The notes: generated from the letters alone by a model not told the origin. Shown: positions 11,242-23,999, counted from the stretch's first letter. The stretch is 30,611 nt of DNA from Octopus sinensis (GCF_006345805.1 NW_021832465.1:1-30611), one strand, 5' to 3'. Made by a program: numbers and translations.

Positions 11242-11626
11242 GGAGGCGCAATGGCGCAGTGGTTAGGGCAGCGGACTCGCGGTCATAGGATCGCGGTTTC
11301 GATTCCCAGACCGGGCGTTGTGAGTGTTTATTGAGCGAAAACACCTAACAGCTCCACGAGGCTCCAGCAGGGGATGGTGGTGATCCCTGCTGTACTCTTT
11401 CACCACAACTTTCTCTCACTCTTACTTCCTGTTTCTGTTGTACCTGTATTTCAAAGGGCCGGCCTTGTCACTCTCTGTGTCACGCTGAATATCCCCGAAA
11501 ACTACGTTAAGGGTGCACGTGTCTGTGGAGTGCTCAGCCACTTACACGTTAATTTCACGAGCAGGCTGTTCCGTTGATTTGGATCAACCGGAACCCTCAT
11601 CGTCGTAACCGACGAAGTGCTTCCAC
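11242..11626 (+). mobile_element. tRNA-derived SINE, family C, full length and young
   Basis: A-box TGGCGCAGTGG, B-box GGTTTCGATTCC, and a 10-bp target-site duplication ATATATGTGA (11232-11241, 11627-11636). Confidence 0.93.
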
Positions 11627-11944
11627 ATATATGTGAATGTGTATATGAATGTGTATATGAATTGAAATACAGGTGTAGTTAAACATACGTCGGTAAATGG
11701 TTCCAAGACTTGCAGCTTAACTAGAAAAAGGTTGTAACACGAAAAAGGCATTTTTAAAGAAAAAATTGTTAGCTTATATCTGTTTTAATAAATGACATAC
11801 GTATTTCATTTGAGTCTCCACTTCATTATAGGTTTTTAAATGCTTTTTTTTTTTAAATACATTTAAATGTTCGCTACGACCGACATAAAGTTGACTAAAT
11901 CGACTGAATCTAAGGTTTTTTTTTTCCATTTCATACTTTTTCCT

Positions 11945-12140
11945 TGTCGGTGCCATATCTAGAATGTAGGACACAGGCGATCATGTCCTTCCGCAATTCT
12001 TTGCTCTTTGTTATCCGTAGCTTTTCAATTTCCTGATACTTATTGCTTCTTTCTTCCAACCAGTTCGTCAAGTTTGGCAACCATCTCCTCCTATTCCTTC
12101 CACTTCTTTTCTCTTTGATGTTTCAGTTTATCCATTTAAA
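11945..12140 (-). mobile_element. Decayed RTE-type LINE 3' fragment
   Basis: The - strand reads NIKEKRSGRNRRRWLPNLTNWLEERSNKYQEIEKLRITKSKELRKDMIACVLHSRYGT, resembling RTE-clade ORF ends (GKIEGKRSRGR..DRELWRSMIA.VL.G.GT). Confidence 0.55.
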
Positions 12141-12360
12141 TTCTTTAAAGAAAATGATGTTAAGTCGAAAAGGACGTTACTCGAAACGACTTAAATCGAG
12201 ATATTCTTGTATTTGCTGTGTCACATGACAAGAGGAATGTACGTCAAGTCAATGAAGTTGCCAACCAGTTAACTATGTACAAAAATCTCACAGGTAAAGG
12301 TAAATTTAAAGGTAAATATTCACTCTAGCCAAGGAGCGGTTATCTCTGTGATGATCTTAA

Positions 12361-12574
12361 CGATTTGGCATTCATGTTAGTATATCAAATGTAATGCTTA
12401 TTTATTCATATTATTTTTAACTAATTATTACACAGCTTCAAGATCTTGAGGACATGATTGTTTATTTTTAGCGTGACAATTAGGCCAGGTATGAGATCTA
12501 TGATTTAACCAGTTCGACCATGAAGTATATAGAGAATATTTTGAAGCAGATTGGAGGGTTTAAATGTCAGAATA
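12361..12574. mobile_element. Possible old piggyBac-type MITE
   Basis: TTAA at 12357-12360 and 12575-12578; ends retain only remnant complementarity (GGCATT / AATGTC). The body resembles a TTAA-flanked octopus repeat I recall, not verified. Confidence 0.4.
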
Positions 12575-12929
12575 TTAAACACAGTGTATTAATGACTACT
12601 TAGCTGTCTTTCTCTTATCCTCAAGGCCAAGAAGACCAACAATACATAGATTAAATGTAAGGCACTTAATCGTCTGATTGAAGCATAACACTCAGCGATG
12701 GCCTTGGTTCTGGTATTCATACAACGCTGAGAGACTGTTCAAACTTACTAGACTGAGAGACTAGATCAAAATTTCTAGATTTAATGAATAGATAATGATG
12801 TAGATTGGTGTGTAGGTAGCTAGGTATTTAGCTAAAGCAGTTACGTACATAGACGGTGTTTTCTAGATTGATCTGAATATAATATACATGTATGGAGCGC
12901 GTGTGCGTAGATTGTAAAGAATGCGTTGA

Positions 12930-13269
12930 AGTATTGGTTACAAATTTCATGTGTATGGGTGTGGGTTTGAGGGTATGTTTGTGTGTTTGTGTGTGCCACA
13001 CAAACATAGACAGCCACACAAACAAACACACATAAAAACACATACATATATAAATGTATATAAAGAGGGAGAGACAGAGAGACAGACATACATACATATA
13101 GACAGACAGATAGACAAACAGGGCGTGAGAGAGATTTAAAATGCCTTTATAGGCATACAAAGGAAGTTAGAGACAGCGAGAGAGGGAAATGAAAATCTAT
13201 ATGTATTTTATTATTTATTTTCAGATAGATAAATACATACATACATACATACATACATACATACATACA

Positions 13270-13302
<33 letters not shown>

Positions 13303-13694
13303 TCATACATACAAACATACATACATACATACATACATATATTCGTACATACATACATATATTCATACATACATACATATATACATAGATACATATATTC
13401 GTACATACATACATATATTCATACATACATACATACATACATAAATACATACATATATTCATACATACATATATTCATATATATATTTTCATAATCCATA
13501 CATACATGCATACATTCATACATATATTCATACATACATATATTCATACATACATACATACATACATACATACATACATAAACAAGCACAGAGTGCACGT
13601 TTACATACAAGTTCCACTGTCTCATATAGTTCTCTCTTTTGGTATTTCTTTCTCATACATACTGTTCCGATACCTATCAATCAATCAATCTATG

Positions 13695-13733
<39 letters not shown>

Positions 13734-13845
13734 ATATGCGTGTATGCGTGTGAATGTGTAAATATATATACGCAAATGTATATAAGAATAGATGTATGCA
13801 TACATATATATACATATGCATACAAACACATATACACACACACAA

Positions 13846-13882
<37 letters not shown>

Positions 13883-14015
13883 CGCACGCACACACACATA
13901 GAATGAGGGAGTAAAAGAGCGAGAGAAAAACTAAGAATAAAAGAGTGATTTCAAAGACACTTTGAAATTTTTGTATGTAAATTTGTATTCCCTCTTTCCC
14001 CCTCTCGCTCTTTTC

Positions 14016-14096
<81 letters not shown>

Positions 14097-14163
14097 CGTA
14101 CATACATACATACATACATATATAAAGATATATATATACATATATAAAGATATATATATATAC

Positions 14164-14205
<42 letters not shown>
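12930..14205. repeat. Compound microsatellite field (CA, GACA, GA, CATA, TA)
   Basis: Direct inspection; the CATA array at about 13213-13580 carries recurring CATATATTC variants. Confidence 0.92.
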
Positions 14206-14208
<3 letters not shown>

Positions 14209-14529
14209 GTTACAATGGCCGTGTACTCCTCACTCTCTTTCTTCGCCATTTTTCACCTACTTTAGAATTTTTATTTACGCTAATACTATCGAACTTCTCA
14301 ATGACCGTAGACGTAAAGGAAAAACATCCACTTTATGGAGTCTTTGAGTTGAATAGTTGCCGTTAGTCAGAACAACACTTGTCTGCCTACTTAGCTATTC
14401 TTAATAAATTTGTTATGACGCATTGCCGCTTATATTATCAAATTAACGAGCGTCATTCTTTAGGATAGGCTCTCGCTCCAGGTACTCGCCTTCTTATTAC
14501 CTACCCACTTACTCCTTACAATATTCACT

Positions 14530-14568
14530 GTTATTATTATTATTATCATCATCATTATTATTATTATA

Positions 14569-14595
<27 letters not shown>
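14530..14595. repeat. (TTA)n microsatellite
   Basis: Direct inspection. Confidence 0.95.
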
Positions 14596-14614
<19 letters not shown>

Positions 14615-15277
14615 TCATTCTGCTTTTCTGTCTCCTTCATTCTTTGTTTCGTTGTCATTACCATATTACCGAGCGAATACTATGGCATATCTTCTTGTTT
14701 TTCCTTTCTTCGAGATAGCATCGCACCGAATGACATAACTGCGGCTTTGTGTGTATTTGAGAGTCTGACTAGATTCAGTAAAGCCAGTCAAATTAAGATT
14801 AGTTCTGCACTAAGTGGATTATGTTTCTGTGTAACCTCAGTTTAACATTTGTCATAACTTTCAATTATAAATCCCCCTTGCAAAAAAAAAAAAAAGAAAC
14901 ATGGAGAGGATGGTAAATAATTTAGAGACCATTTTTTGTAAAACAGAAGTCGAAGGCTTTTAGTTAAGTCCCGAATAATAATGCATTATCAAATATTGTT
15001 CTTGTAATGATTTTTGCTTCTTTATTTTTAAACATGCTTTGATTGGGATGTAGATGAAGGCAACTTTTGGAGGGAAGCCATACATGTCACATGTAGTCTT
15101 TTAATGTAGTTTTGGCAGAGATATCAACACAAGATTTACCGCCATTAGGGAACAAATCTTTTTGCAGCTTTGGTCTTTAAATCAACGTTGTATTGTAAGT
15201 CTATCATATATTATGTGATATTATGCATTACATGTCATAAAATACAATATATTTTATATAGTTTATAATTGTATATA

Positions 15278-15511
15278 TCGGCGCAGGCGAGGCGGTGTGG
15301 TAAGAAGCTTGCTATCCAATCACATGGTTCCAGGTTCAGCCCCCCACTGCGTAGCAACTTGGGCAAAATCTTCCTCTGTAGCCTCGTGAAGACCAAAGCC
15401 TTGTGAGTGAATGGATTTGGTAGACAGAAACTGAAACAACCCCATCGTACATGTATATATATATATAATATATATATATATAGATATATATATATAGATA
15501 TATATATAGAT

Positions 15512-15584
<73 letters not shown>

Positions 15585-15731
15585 CAGATAGATAAATAAA
15601 AGAATTGAATCGAACGACGATTTAACAAAATTCCTTTATGCTCGGCAACCGTGCTTTCTGACGTAAATTTGCTACCCGGGTATCGGTTAACCGAATTATC
15701 CATACTAGGATATTTCATTCAACTACTTAAA

Positions 15732-15826
<95 letters not shown>

Positions 15827-16070
15827 TATATATGCATTTACACATTTATGTGTGTCTGTGTTTGTACCCCCGACATCACTTGACAACCGATGCTATTGTG
15901 TTTATGTCCCCATAACTTAGCGGTTCAGCATAAGAACCCGATAGAATAAATACTAAAATTTCAAAAGAATAAGTCATGAGGTCGATTTCTTGAACTAAAA
16001 CCCTTGAAGGTGGTGCTCCAGCATGGCCTCAGTCAAATGACTGAACCAAAAGAACGGAAAAAGAAAATAT
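15278..16070 (+). mobile_element. SINE family A with expanded internal microsatellite and a ~135-bp foreign insert
   Basis: 5' half 15278-15451, (TA)/(GATA)n, unique 15598-15734, (TA)n, then the 3' module at about 15845-16070. Confidence 0.85.
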
Positions 16071-16089
16071 CACATACATAGATATATGT

Positions 16090-16355
16090 GTGTATATGTG
16101 TATGTGTCTGTATGTGTGTCTTCGTGCCTGTATTTTACTCCTTCACTGACAAACGATGCCTGACAAACGATGTTAATTTATTTACGACGTCGTGATCCAG
16201 CGTTTCGACCAAAAGAACCGATAAAATAAAACCTTCGCAGACGTACCAGACTTTAAAAAATACATACATACAGGGATCGATCTATAGACTAAAACGTTTC
16301 GAGACACTGTCCCAGCGTGAGAGCAGTTCAATGACTACAACAAATGAGAAATATC
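16090..16355 (+). mobile_element. Solitary, strongly decayed 3' module of SINE family A
   Basis: TG tract, then TGACAAACGATG..AAAAGAACCGATAAAATA..GATCGAT..GACTAAA..CCCAGC..AATGACT. Contains a tandem duplication CTGACAAACGATG x2 (16147-16173). Confidence 0.65.
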
Positions 16356-16562
16356 CACGTCGGTCTTACTCAAACTTAATGTATTTAATAAATATGCTGT
16401 GTGTATATGTTTGTGTGTGTCCCTATGAATGTGTACGTGCGCGTGTAGGCATGCTGGAAAATATACTTGAACAGTATTATTTCAAATCACACTTCTGCTC
16501 TTAGACTCCACCAATTTGAAGCAATGACACATTTTGTCTCAACTCCTTGACAAAGAGCTTAC

Positions 16563-16606
16563 CTCCGAAACGTTATATTCTCCACTCTTGGCAGTACATG
16601 GAATTC
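16563..16606 (-). CDS. Candidate 44-nt internal exon of an unidentified gene
   Basis: TTTCAG|G acceptor and GAG|GTAAGC donor. Two frames open (EFHVLPRVENITFR or IPCTAKSGEYNVSE). No homology recognised. Confidence 0.25.
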
Positions 16607-16959
16607 CTGAAATTTACTATGGTCTCTTATTATGAGCATTACGTATATGATTGAGTATTTCTTTTTATTGCAATAGCTGGCCCTGTAATATAGCCAGCAA
16701 TGTTTGTAATGCCCCCGTATCGTGACTCAAATTTTCATATATCACATTTAATGCAGAGAAAATATAATTCCACGATATCATCAATAAAGAAAATACGAAC
16801 GGGAATATTTAGGAGTCAGAAAACTAATATAAGATTATAAGTATACAAGTTATTCCATCTAAGTATATTGATATATATTTGTGTGTGTGCAAGTATATAT
16901 GAACGTACGAGTAAGTGTGTATACAAACACACACGCACACTAGATATGGATCTATCGTA

Positions 16960-17228
16960 TGCATGTATTTTAGTATATATGTATACATAGATATATATAT
17001 TTATATATATATATATATATATATATACATTATATATACGTACATATATGCATACTTGCATGTGTATGTTCATTTACGTGAGTGTGCGTGTATAATTTTA
17101 TAAATACATGAATACCTACACACATACATATTTACATGCACGTACCTCCAAACATGTATATATATATGTGATAAACATGTGTACACAGATATCGATACAT
17201 GTATATATATATATAATATATATATATT

Positions 17229-17293
<65 letters not shown>

Positions 17294-17430
17294 TCTTTCT
17301 TACATTTTACAGAACTTCCAAGCCTGGTGAGAGAGAGGGTGGAAGACATCCTCAAACACACAATCACATACTACACACAAGCATATACACATAAGAAAAC
17401 ACGCATACACACACACACAAATCGAGAAAC

Positions 17431-17465
<35 letters not shown>
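16960..17465. repeat. Compound (TA)/(TG)/(CA)/(GA) microsatellites
   Basis: Direct inspection. Confidence 0.9.
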
Positions 17466-17470
<5 letters not shown>

Positions 17471-19024
17471 AGATCGCCAATATTTCATTGTCGTATTTTC
17501 AATGAGAACGAAATAAATTTTCTTATCCCGAACGCAGTAATAGCATTACGATCGCGAATGAAATAGTATACGAGCTACGAGAGAACAGAAACCTAATGGA
17601 ATTAAAATGTGATAGAACAATGCATTATGCGAATGTCGCTTATAACCTATAAGTTTTTCCTTCTGTATTAATATAAAAAGGAGTGACAGAAGGAATAGGC
17701 AGTCATTGAAAGACGTGAATAATATTCCCGGCAATTGAAATGCTATGATTGAAACAGAAAATGCTGGACATTTTATAACGAAGAGAAGAAATTGAATTGC
17801 TTAATTAGCATCCATTGTCAGGAAGCAGATATTTGAAGCAGATTAGATTTGAGTATGAAAACATAACCCGTTGCCTGGCCTACCCACATCTCTATAACGT
17901 TTTTGTTATTCGTTTTATAAGCTATGTCTAGGGTCGTAGTGGGGTCGGAATTAATTGTGCTTGTGGACTTTGTGGCCTTTGTCGGCTTTCCCCATACTGG
18001 TGAGGTTGATGTCTTTAATTTTTTTTTTATATCTCGGGAGGATCATTATGCTAATGATAATAATAAACGCATGCACTGGTTGTATTTCAGTTCTTTGTTA
18101 CAAGGAAATACACGTGCAGCGTAATAATTATAGAAATTTCGGTTTTTTTGAGAATGTAGGATTTTGAGTGAAACCTTGAAGGAGTAATATGCATGATATA
18201 GGTTATACGAGGAGAGACGGGTGAGTCGAAAGTACGTGAATGGAGGGACGATGGGAGGGTCCAAACAATTCTAGAATCAAAGACAACTGCATCTTCGTTT
18301 GTTTTGTTTTTTTTTAGTTTTTTTTCTTGTGCATTGTTAATTGAGAGAGATTTGATGAAAAGGAGTGTCGGCAATATAGATCCTTCACCTAGTGGCGAAA
18401 AGGATGTTAGAAGGATATCAGTTGCGAAAGTGAGGAAAGTAAAACCGTGATGATTTAAATAGCCATACAATTAACTTATTCATCTCTTCGACTGCGTAAT
18501 CAAATTTTGTAGTCATTCTCATAATGATCTTAATGATTCGCCAAAAAGTAGAAATGATATTTTCTGGTTTTTACAAAAGAGGAGATACTTATTCATTATT
18601 TCCTCTATGTACGGTTTTCATATCCAGCAATAAAAGTACAGTAGTACCTCGTGCTTTGTATATATCTATATCAATATATATATATATGTGTGTAGGTATG
18701 GACATGCGCACTTGCGCGAATACTATGAACATTTTTACTCCCTTACCTTTACTCCTTCCCCTCAGCGGTCATTCTAATATCTCTTTTGTCTTACTAACGG
18801 TCAATCACACAGTAATTTCCCTTTATGTAACGGTCATTTTCAAAGCACTTTTTCGATGGGCGGATAACTGAAGAGATGGTGCCATGGATTTCGCTCCGAC
18901 ATCCGAAACTCGGAGTTTTATCATGGCTACCGAATAACTGTCACATATATTTACAGATAATTCCTCTATTTACATAATACGGAGATCTCTTTCATTATTT
19001 TGTTGTCTTACCGTTTCTATCAAT

Positions 19025-19135
<111 letters not shown>

Positions 19136-19352
19136 AACGCACGATTTATTCGTGATTAGAGTAGGAAAACAGAGGTATTACTGTATTTTATTCTTACTTC
19201 GTAAAGGGAAATTTGATGTATTAAGTGAAAAACGTAAGAAAACCTGAAAAATTATCTTCTATATAAAGTGTTACAGGATGTCTCTTTCCGCTTCTCGTAG
19301 CAAAATGAGAGGTCTTTTTTGAAAGCAGTGGGGTAAAACCAGATAGGTGTGT

Positions 19353-19575
19353 GGAGGCGCGTGGCTTAGTGTTTAGAATGATGAACTTACGGTCGTAAGT
19401 TTGCGGTTTCGATTCCTGGATCATTCGAAGAGTTGCGTTCTTGAGCAAAACACTTCATTTCACGTTGATTTATTCCACTCAGCTGGCAAAAATGCGTCAT
19501 CCTACGCTGGACCGGCGTCTCGTCCCGAGGTTGGAAATATATGCGCCACGGAAACCAGGAAACTGGACTTATGAG
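19353..19575 (+). mobile_element. tRNA-derived SINE, family D (V-domain-like motif)
   Basis: GGAGGCGCGTGGCTTAGTG A-box, GGTTTCGATTCC B-box, body TTCTTGAGCAAAACACTTCATTTCACG..CCACTCAGCTG, and CTACGCTGGACCGGCGTCTCGTCC resembling the V-SINE motif CTGCGATGGACTGGCG..GTCC. Confidence 0.8.
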
Positions 19576-20474
19576 ATTATACGACACAGAAGAGGGGGTT
19601 TTTTTTGTATCCCTATTCTATCTTTGAACCAGTCACGTACACCCCGTCCATCAGGGTGTGGATATATCCATTGAATTCATATACGATTACGCTTGAGAAA
19701 AAATTTGGATGACATCCGAACAATTTTCTTTCCTTTACTACTAAATACAAAAAAGTCGAGTTACTTTACTTTTTAAAGTAACACTGTATTCGTTACAGAC
19801 AATGACCCGCCTCAGCAGATGCCTTTTTAATGTTTCTAGCTGTAGATTACTTATTCAAATGGCATCAGTATAGTCAATGGCTTTTATCGCACAGGGACAA
19901 TAAAATAAATAGCTGTAATAAAATTCGTAAACTAAGACAAGTTTGAGAGCCATCAGAAGAGTTTCGTTATCTTATTTTATAATAAATATCATTTACTGCT
20001 TTTGCCGAAATGGACTTTCATCCAGTTTTGGTTTTATTTTCATTTTTTTTTCCTGCCAAATAACAGTAATATACTAGTTTGGTGAATCCATATCATATTA
20101 TTTATCTGAGGGTTTTGCTTTGTATTTTCTTTAATTTATTATTTTTTCGAGTATTGATGCATTATTTGTTTTGTTCTTGTTTTTTTGTTGTTTTTGTTTT
20201 TGTTTGTTTTTTCGCAAGGATTCTTGTGAATAAATACTGTTATATTCCCCAGTAGTTCTTCTCTAACTGTTGTACACGTGACACATAGGAGAGGAAATGG
20301 GTTGAGAGAACAAGAACAACATGAACAACAACGATGAGTTTTAATAAAAAGAAAAAAAAACGAAAAGAATAAATGTCGACAGTAAGATGGGATCGAATAA
20401 ATGAGTTTGAAGAAGAAGAAAACAAACATAAATTCTAAATGAAGATGGAAGAAATATACAAACATAGAAATAAA

Positions 20475-20492
20475 AGCGAAGAAGAAGAAGAT

Positions 20493-20538
<46 letters not shown>

Positions 20539-20880
20539 AAGAAGAAGAAGAAGAAGAAGAAGAAGAAGGAGGAGGAGGAGGAGGAGAAGAAGAAGAAGAA
20601 GAAGAAGAAGAAGAAGAAGAAGAAGAAGGAGAAGAAGAAGAAGAAGAAGAAGAAATAAGGATTGTACTGATGACAGGAAAAAGAGACAATTGAAAAAGTA
20701 AAAACTAATGTTTCTCTCTTCTCTAACACCTCCAACCATCCAAATACACACACACACGGGCGCACACACTTATAGGCACACGCACACATACATACCCACA
20801 CACAATCACATACATGCATACACACACACATACCCACACACACCACATACATACATACACATACACACACGCGTGCACTC
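20475..20880. repeat. (GAA)/(TAG)/(GGA) array followed by a (CA)-rich tract
   Basis: Direct inspection. Confidence 0.93.
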
Positions 20881-21536
20881 ACAAGCACTGTCAGTCAGAC
20901 ACATAAGCATTACCTTAAAAAACAATTTTGGAAAGACATGTAAAGCAAAATTTAAACTAAAACATTTTCAAAAGAGATTTTTTTCCAAATAAGTTTATTA
21001 TCAATCATAAGTTGCAAATAGTAATAAATTACAAAAGTATACAAAAGTATGCAAATAATATGCGCTTCATACTAACTAGAATACAAAATCACGAATCTAC
21101 TAAACGGAAAGAATTTAATATCAAAACATGTTACAGAAGATATTACATAAAAAACAAAAATATTTTCTTTTTACAATTTTCTTAAGTATACAACGTCAGA
21201 GACATAGATGGGGAAGCTAAATGAACAACCTTCCTTTGTTCGTGTTTTTGTAATTTTAAAGCATTTACGAATCATTAATTAGCTTGGTAATTAAATTCCG
21301 CAGCTTTCATTTAATTTAATAGAATTTAAATTAGGTCGTTGACTTATATTGGTGTAATTATAATTTTTCACAGTGAGCAGTGTCTTGAGGGTATAAGACA
21401 CGGAGAATAGACTTGTAAGCAAATATATATTTAATCACGGTGTGTAATTTATTCAGCGTAATAAAGCGCTGTATTGAGTCTCGTTTTTCTGTTATGAAGA
21501 GCAAACTATCACGAGATCTGATCACCATGCGTGACA

Positions 21537-21932
21537 ATCGTAGGTGTGGCAGAGTGGTAAGATGTCTGCTTCCCAACCACATGATTCCGCGTTCGGTCCA
21601 ACTATATGGCACCTTGGGCGAGTGTCTTCATCTACTATAGCTTCCAACCGGTCAAAAGCCCTGTGAGTGGATTTGACAGACTCGAATATACGTGTGGGGT
21701 TGGGCTGTGCGTGTATGTGTGTCCCACCACCGATTGACAACCGGTGATGATGTGTTTACGTACCCGTAACTTAACGGTTCTGCAAACACAGCTATATATA
21801 AGTATCAAGCTTGACGTTAAAAAGACAGTTCTGAGGTCGATTCATTCGACTAAAAGAAATATTCAGGAAGGCAGTGGGTGCTCCAGCATGGCTGTAGTCT
21901 AAAGACTAAAATAATTGAAGACTGGAAAGGAA
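21537..21932 (+). mobile_element. SINE family A, decayed
   Basis: Head CGTAGGTGTGGCAGAGTGGTAAG, GGCACCTTGGGCGAGTGTCTTC body and 3' module. Confidence 0.88.
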
Positions 21933-21954
21933 TATATGTGAAATTTTAAAATAT

Positions 21955-22351
21955 CACTATTTTACTTGTTGCAGTCATTTGACTGTGGCCATGCTGGAGC
22001 ACCACTTTTAGTCGAGCAAGTCGACCCCATGACTTATTCTTTGCAAGCCTAGTACTTATTCTATCGGTCATTTTTGCCGAACCGCTAAGTTACGGGGACG
22101 TAAACACACCAGCATCGGTTGTCAAGTGATGTTGGGGGGGGGGAACACAGACACACAAACATATACACACACCATACATACATATATACGACGGGCTTCT
22201 TTCAGTTTCCGTCTACCAAATCCACTCACAAGGCTTTGGTCGGACCGAGGCTATAGTAGGAGACACTTGGCCAAGGTGCCACGCAGTGCGACTGAACCAG
22301 GAACCATGTGGTTGGTAAGCAAGTTACTTACCACACAGCCACTCCTACGCC
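21955..22351 (-). mobile_element. SINE family A, full length and close to consensus
   Basis: Reverse complement starts GGCGTAGGAGTGGCTGTGTGGTAAG, has B-box GGTTCAGTCGC and a complete 3' module. Confidence 0.93.
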
Positions 22352-22354
22352 TCA

Positions 22355-22475
22355 CTGTGTGTTTGTGTTTTGTGTGTGTGTGTGTGTGTGTGTATGTGTG
22401 TATGTGTGTGTGTGTGTGTCTGTGTGTGTGTGTGTGTGTGTGTGTATGTCTGAATGTCTGTGTATGTGCGTGAAT
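22355..22475. repeat. (TG)n microsatellite
   Basis: Direct inspection. Confidence 0.95.
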
Positions 22476-23566
22476 GTGCATCAAGATATCCATAAACTCT
22501 AAGGTACCTAAATAATTTCAACCCTTACCAGGTCTAGAATCGCAATGTAGGATGACTACATTATCAAGTTGTAGTATAATACATAGAGAAAAACTTCAAT
22601 CGGAAGTTTATCCCATTCTATCTTAGAACTAGAAACTCAATGAAGAACAACTGCGAAACACTGAGACACAATATACAAAGTGTTCCCACTCAACACCATA
22701 TACATATAAGCAAGTACATCAAGTGCGTACATCCATCATCAGCTGACAAATGGATATGATTATGGTTTCGACACCTGTACAATACCACTCAATCTCGTAG
22801 TTAAACAGCGTTAAAACATAAAAGCTGCCTGTGGATTGATAGAAAAGAAGTGAGGGGCAAATCCTAGCTCATTGCTCATTGTGCCGATATCAGGCTTACA
22901 AAAACCAGCTACAAAAGGAAATACAAGTACAAATCTCAAACCTAAATCGTGATACCTACAGCTACCAAGAATAGAAATTAAAAACTAAAGTATAGAAATA
23001 TAGAAAACAGGTAAATATAATGGAAATGGATATTGCCACATAAAAACTACAGAACTTAAAAACGATAAAATACTGAAAGAAAAACAAACAAACTAAACGT
23101 AATAAACAAAAATTAATTTAACATAATCGAAAAATATACGTCGCAAATAAATAAATTGGAAAATAATAATAGCCCAAGGAATAGCTTGACCCAAGGAATA
23201 ATCACCTTAGAACTATAAACATAGATTAATTAAGGAACATAAACTAATAAACATTTCCTTCTATTGATCTATGAAACATAATTAAAATACAAGATTTTAA
23301 TTAAAATGAAGTAAATATAAACCTAAGGAAAAAACATATCTTTTTAACAAGCAGATACAAATCACCTCAAAATAAAATGATACGGTAATAAACTAATGTA
23401 GATCTGTAGCTATTAAATACAAACTTTAATTATTCGAAATTTATAGACCAATATTCTCACATCAATAGCCTATAGAAAAATATAAAATTGAGCCAAACTA
23501 AACATTTGTAACGAATATATTCGTTATATAAACAGCATATCACGCGTTCTGAGAAGCAACACTTAC

Positions 23567-23647
23567 CATTTGATTCGTTTGCAGTTCTCCGCGAAAAGAT
23601 CGATCGTAACTTTTAAGTCCGGAAATCGCTCTCCTGCGGAACTGACA
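23567..23647 (-). CDS. Candidate 81-nt exon of an unidentified gene
   Basis: T-rich acceptor ending GTAACAG and donor ATG|GTAAGT; a GC-richer island in very AT-rich flanks; length is a multiple of 3. Two frames open (VSSAGERFPDLKVTIDLFAENCKRIK or CQFRRRAISGLKSYDRSFRGELQTNQM). Confidence 0.45.
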
Positions 23648-23999
23648 CTGTTACAATAAATCACAATAATAAAATATAATCTACCCACAAATTGCAAAAA
23701 AAAAGCCATCACTGCGGGCGTTAATTGAAACTAATCATTCTGAAGATTCACGCTACGCTACTCCAAATTTTCTCAAATTTTCGAAATATACCTCAAGTTA
23801 AAATTTTTAACTAACGATTTCCTAAAGTATACTTGTTTTCCTATAAATATCATTAACATCTTGACTCTTTCCAAAACAAACCTCGTTTATAATCCGATCT
23901 TATTTCATAACTTAACTGGAAATAATCCTATACCTTACACTTAACGGAATGCTACTTAATTCTGTAGCACAAAAATTCTAAATTATCAGTTTTACTATA

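Noticed and set aside
11242-11320. tRNA-like heads with A and B boxes
   Set aside because: They continue into SINE bodies and I could not fold a complete cloverleaf, so they are not called tRNA genes.
12828-14249. YI/HT/CV/MYVC-repeat ORFs here and at 10032, 16816-17566, 22126, 26490 and 28006-28758
   Set aside because: Translated di- and tetranucleotide repeats.
16563-16606. IPCTAKSGEYNVSE resembling the small-GTPase SAK motif
   Set aside because: Spacing differs from ETSAKxxxNV and no other GTPase motifs are found in the window.
21374-21414. + strand AG..GTAAGC segment of 41 nt
   Set aside because: Stop codons in all three frames; no other support.
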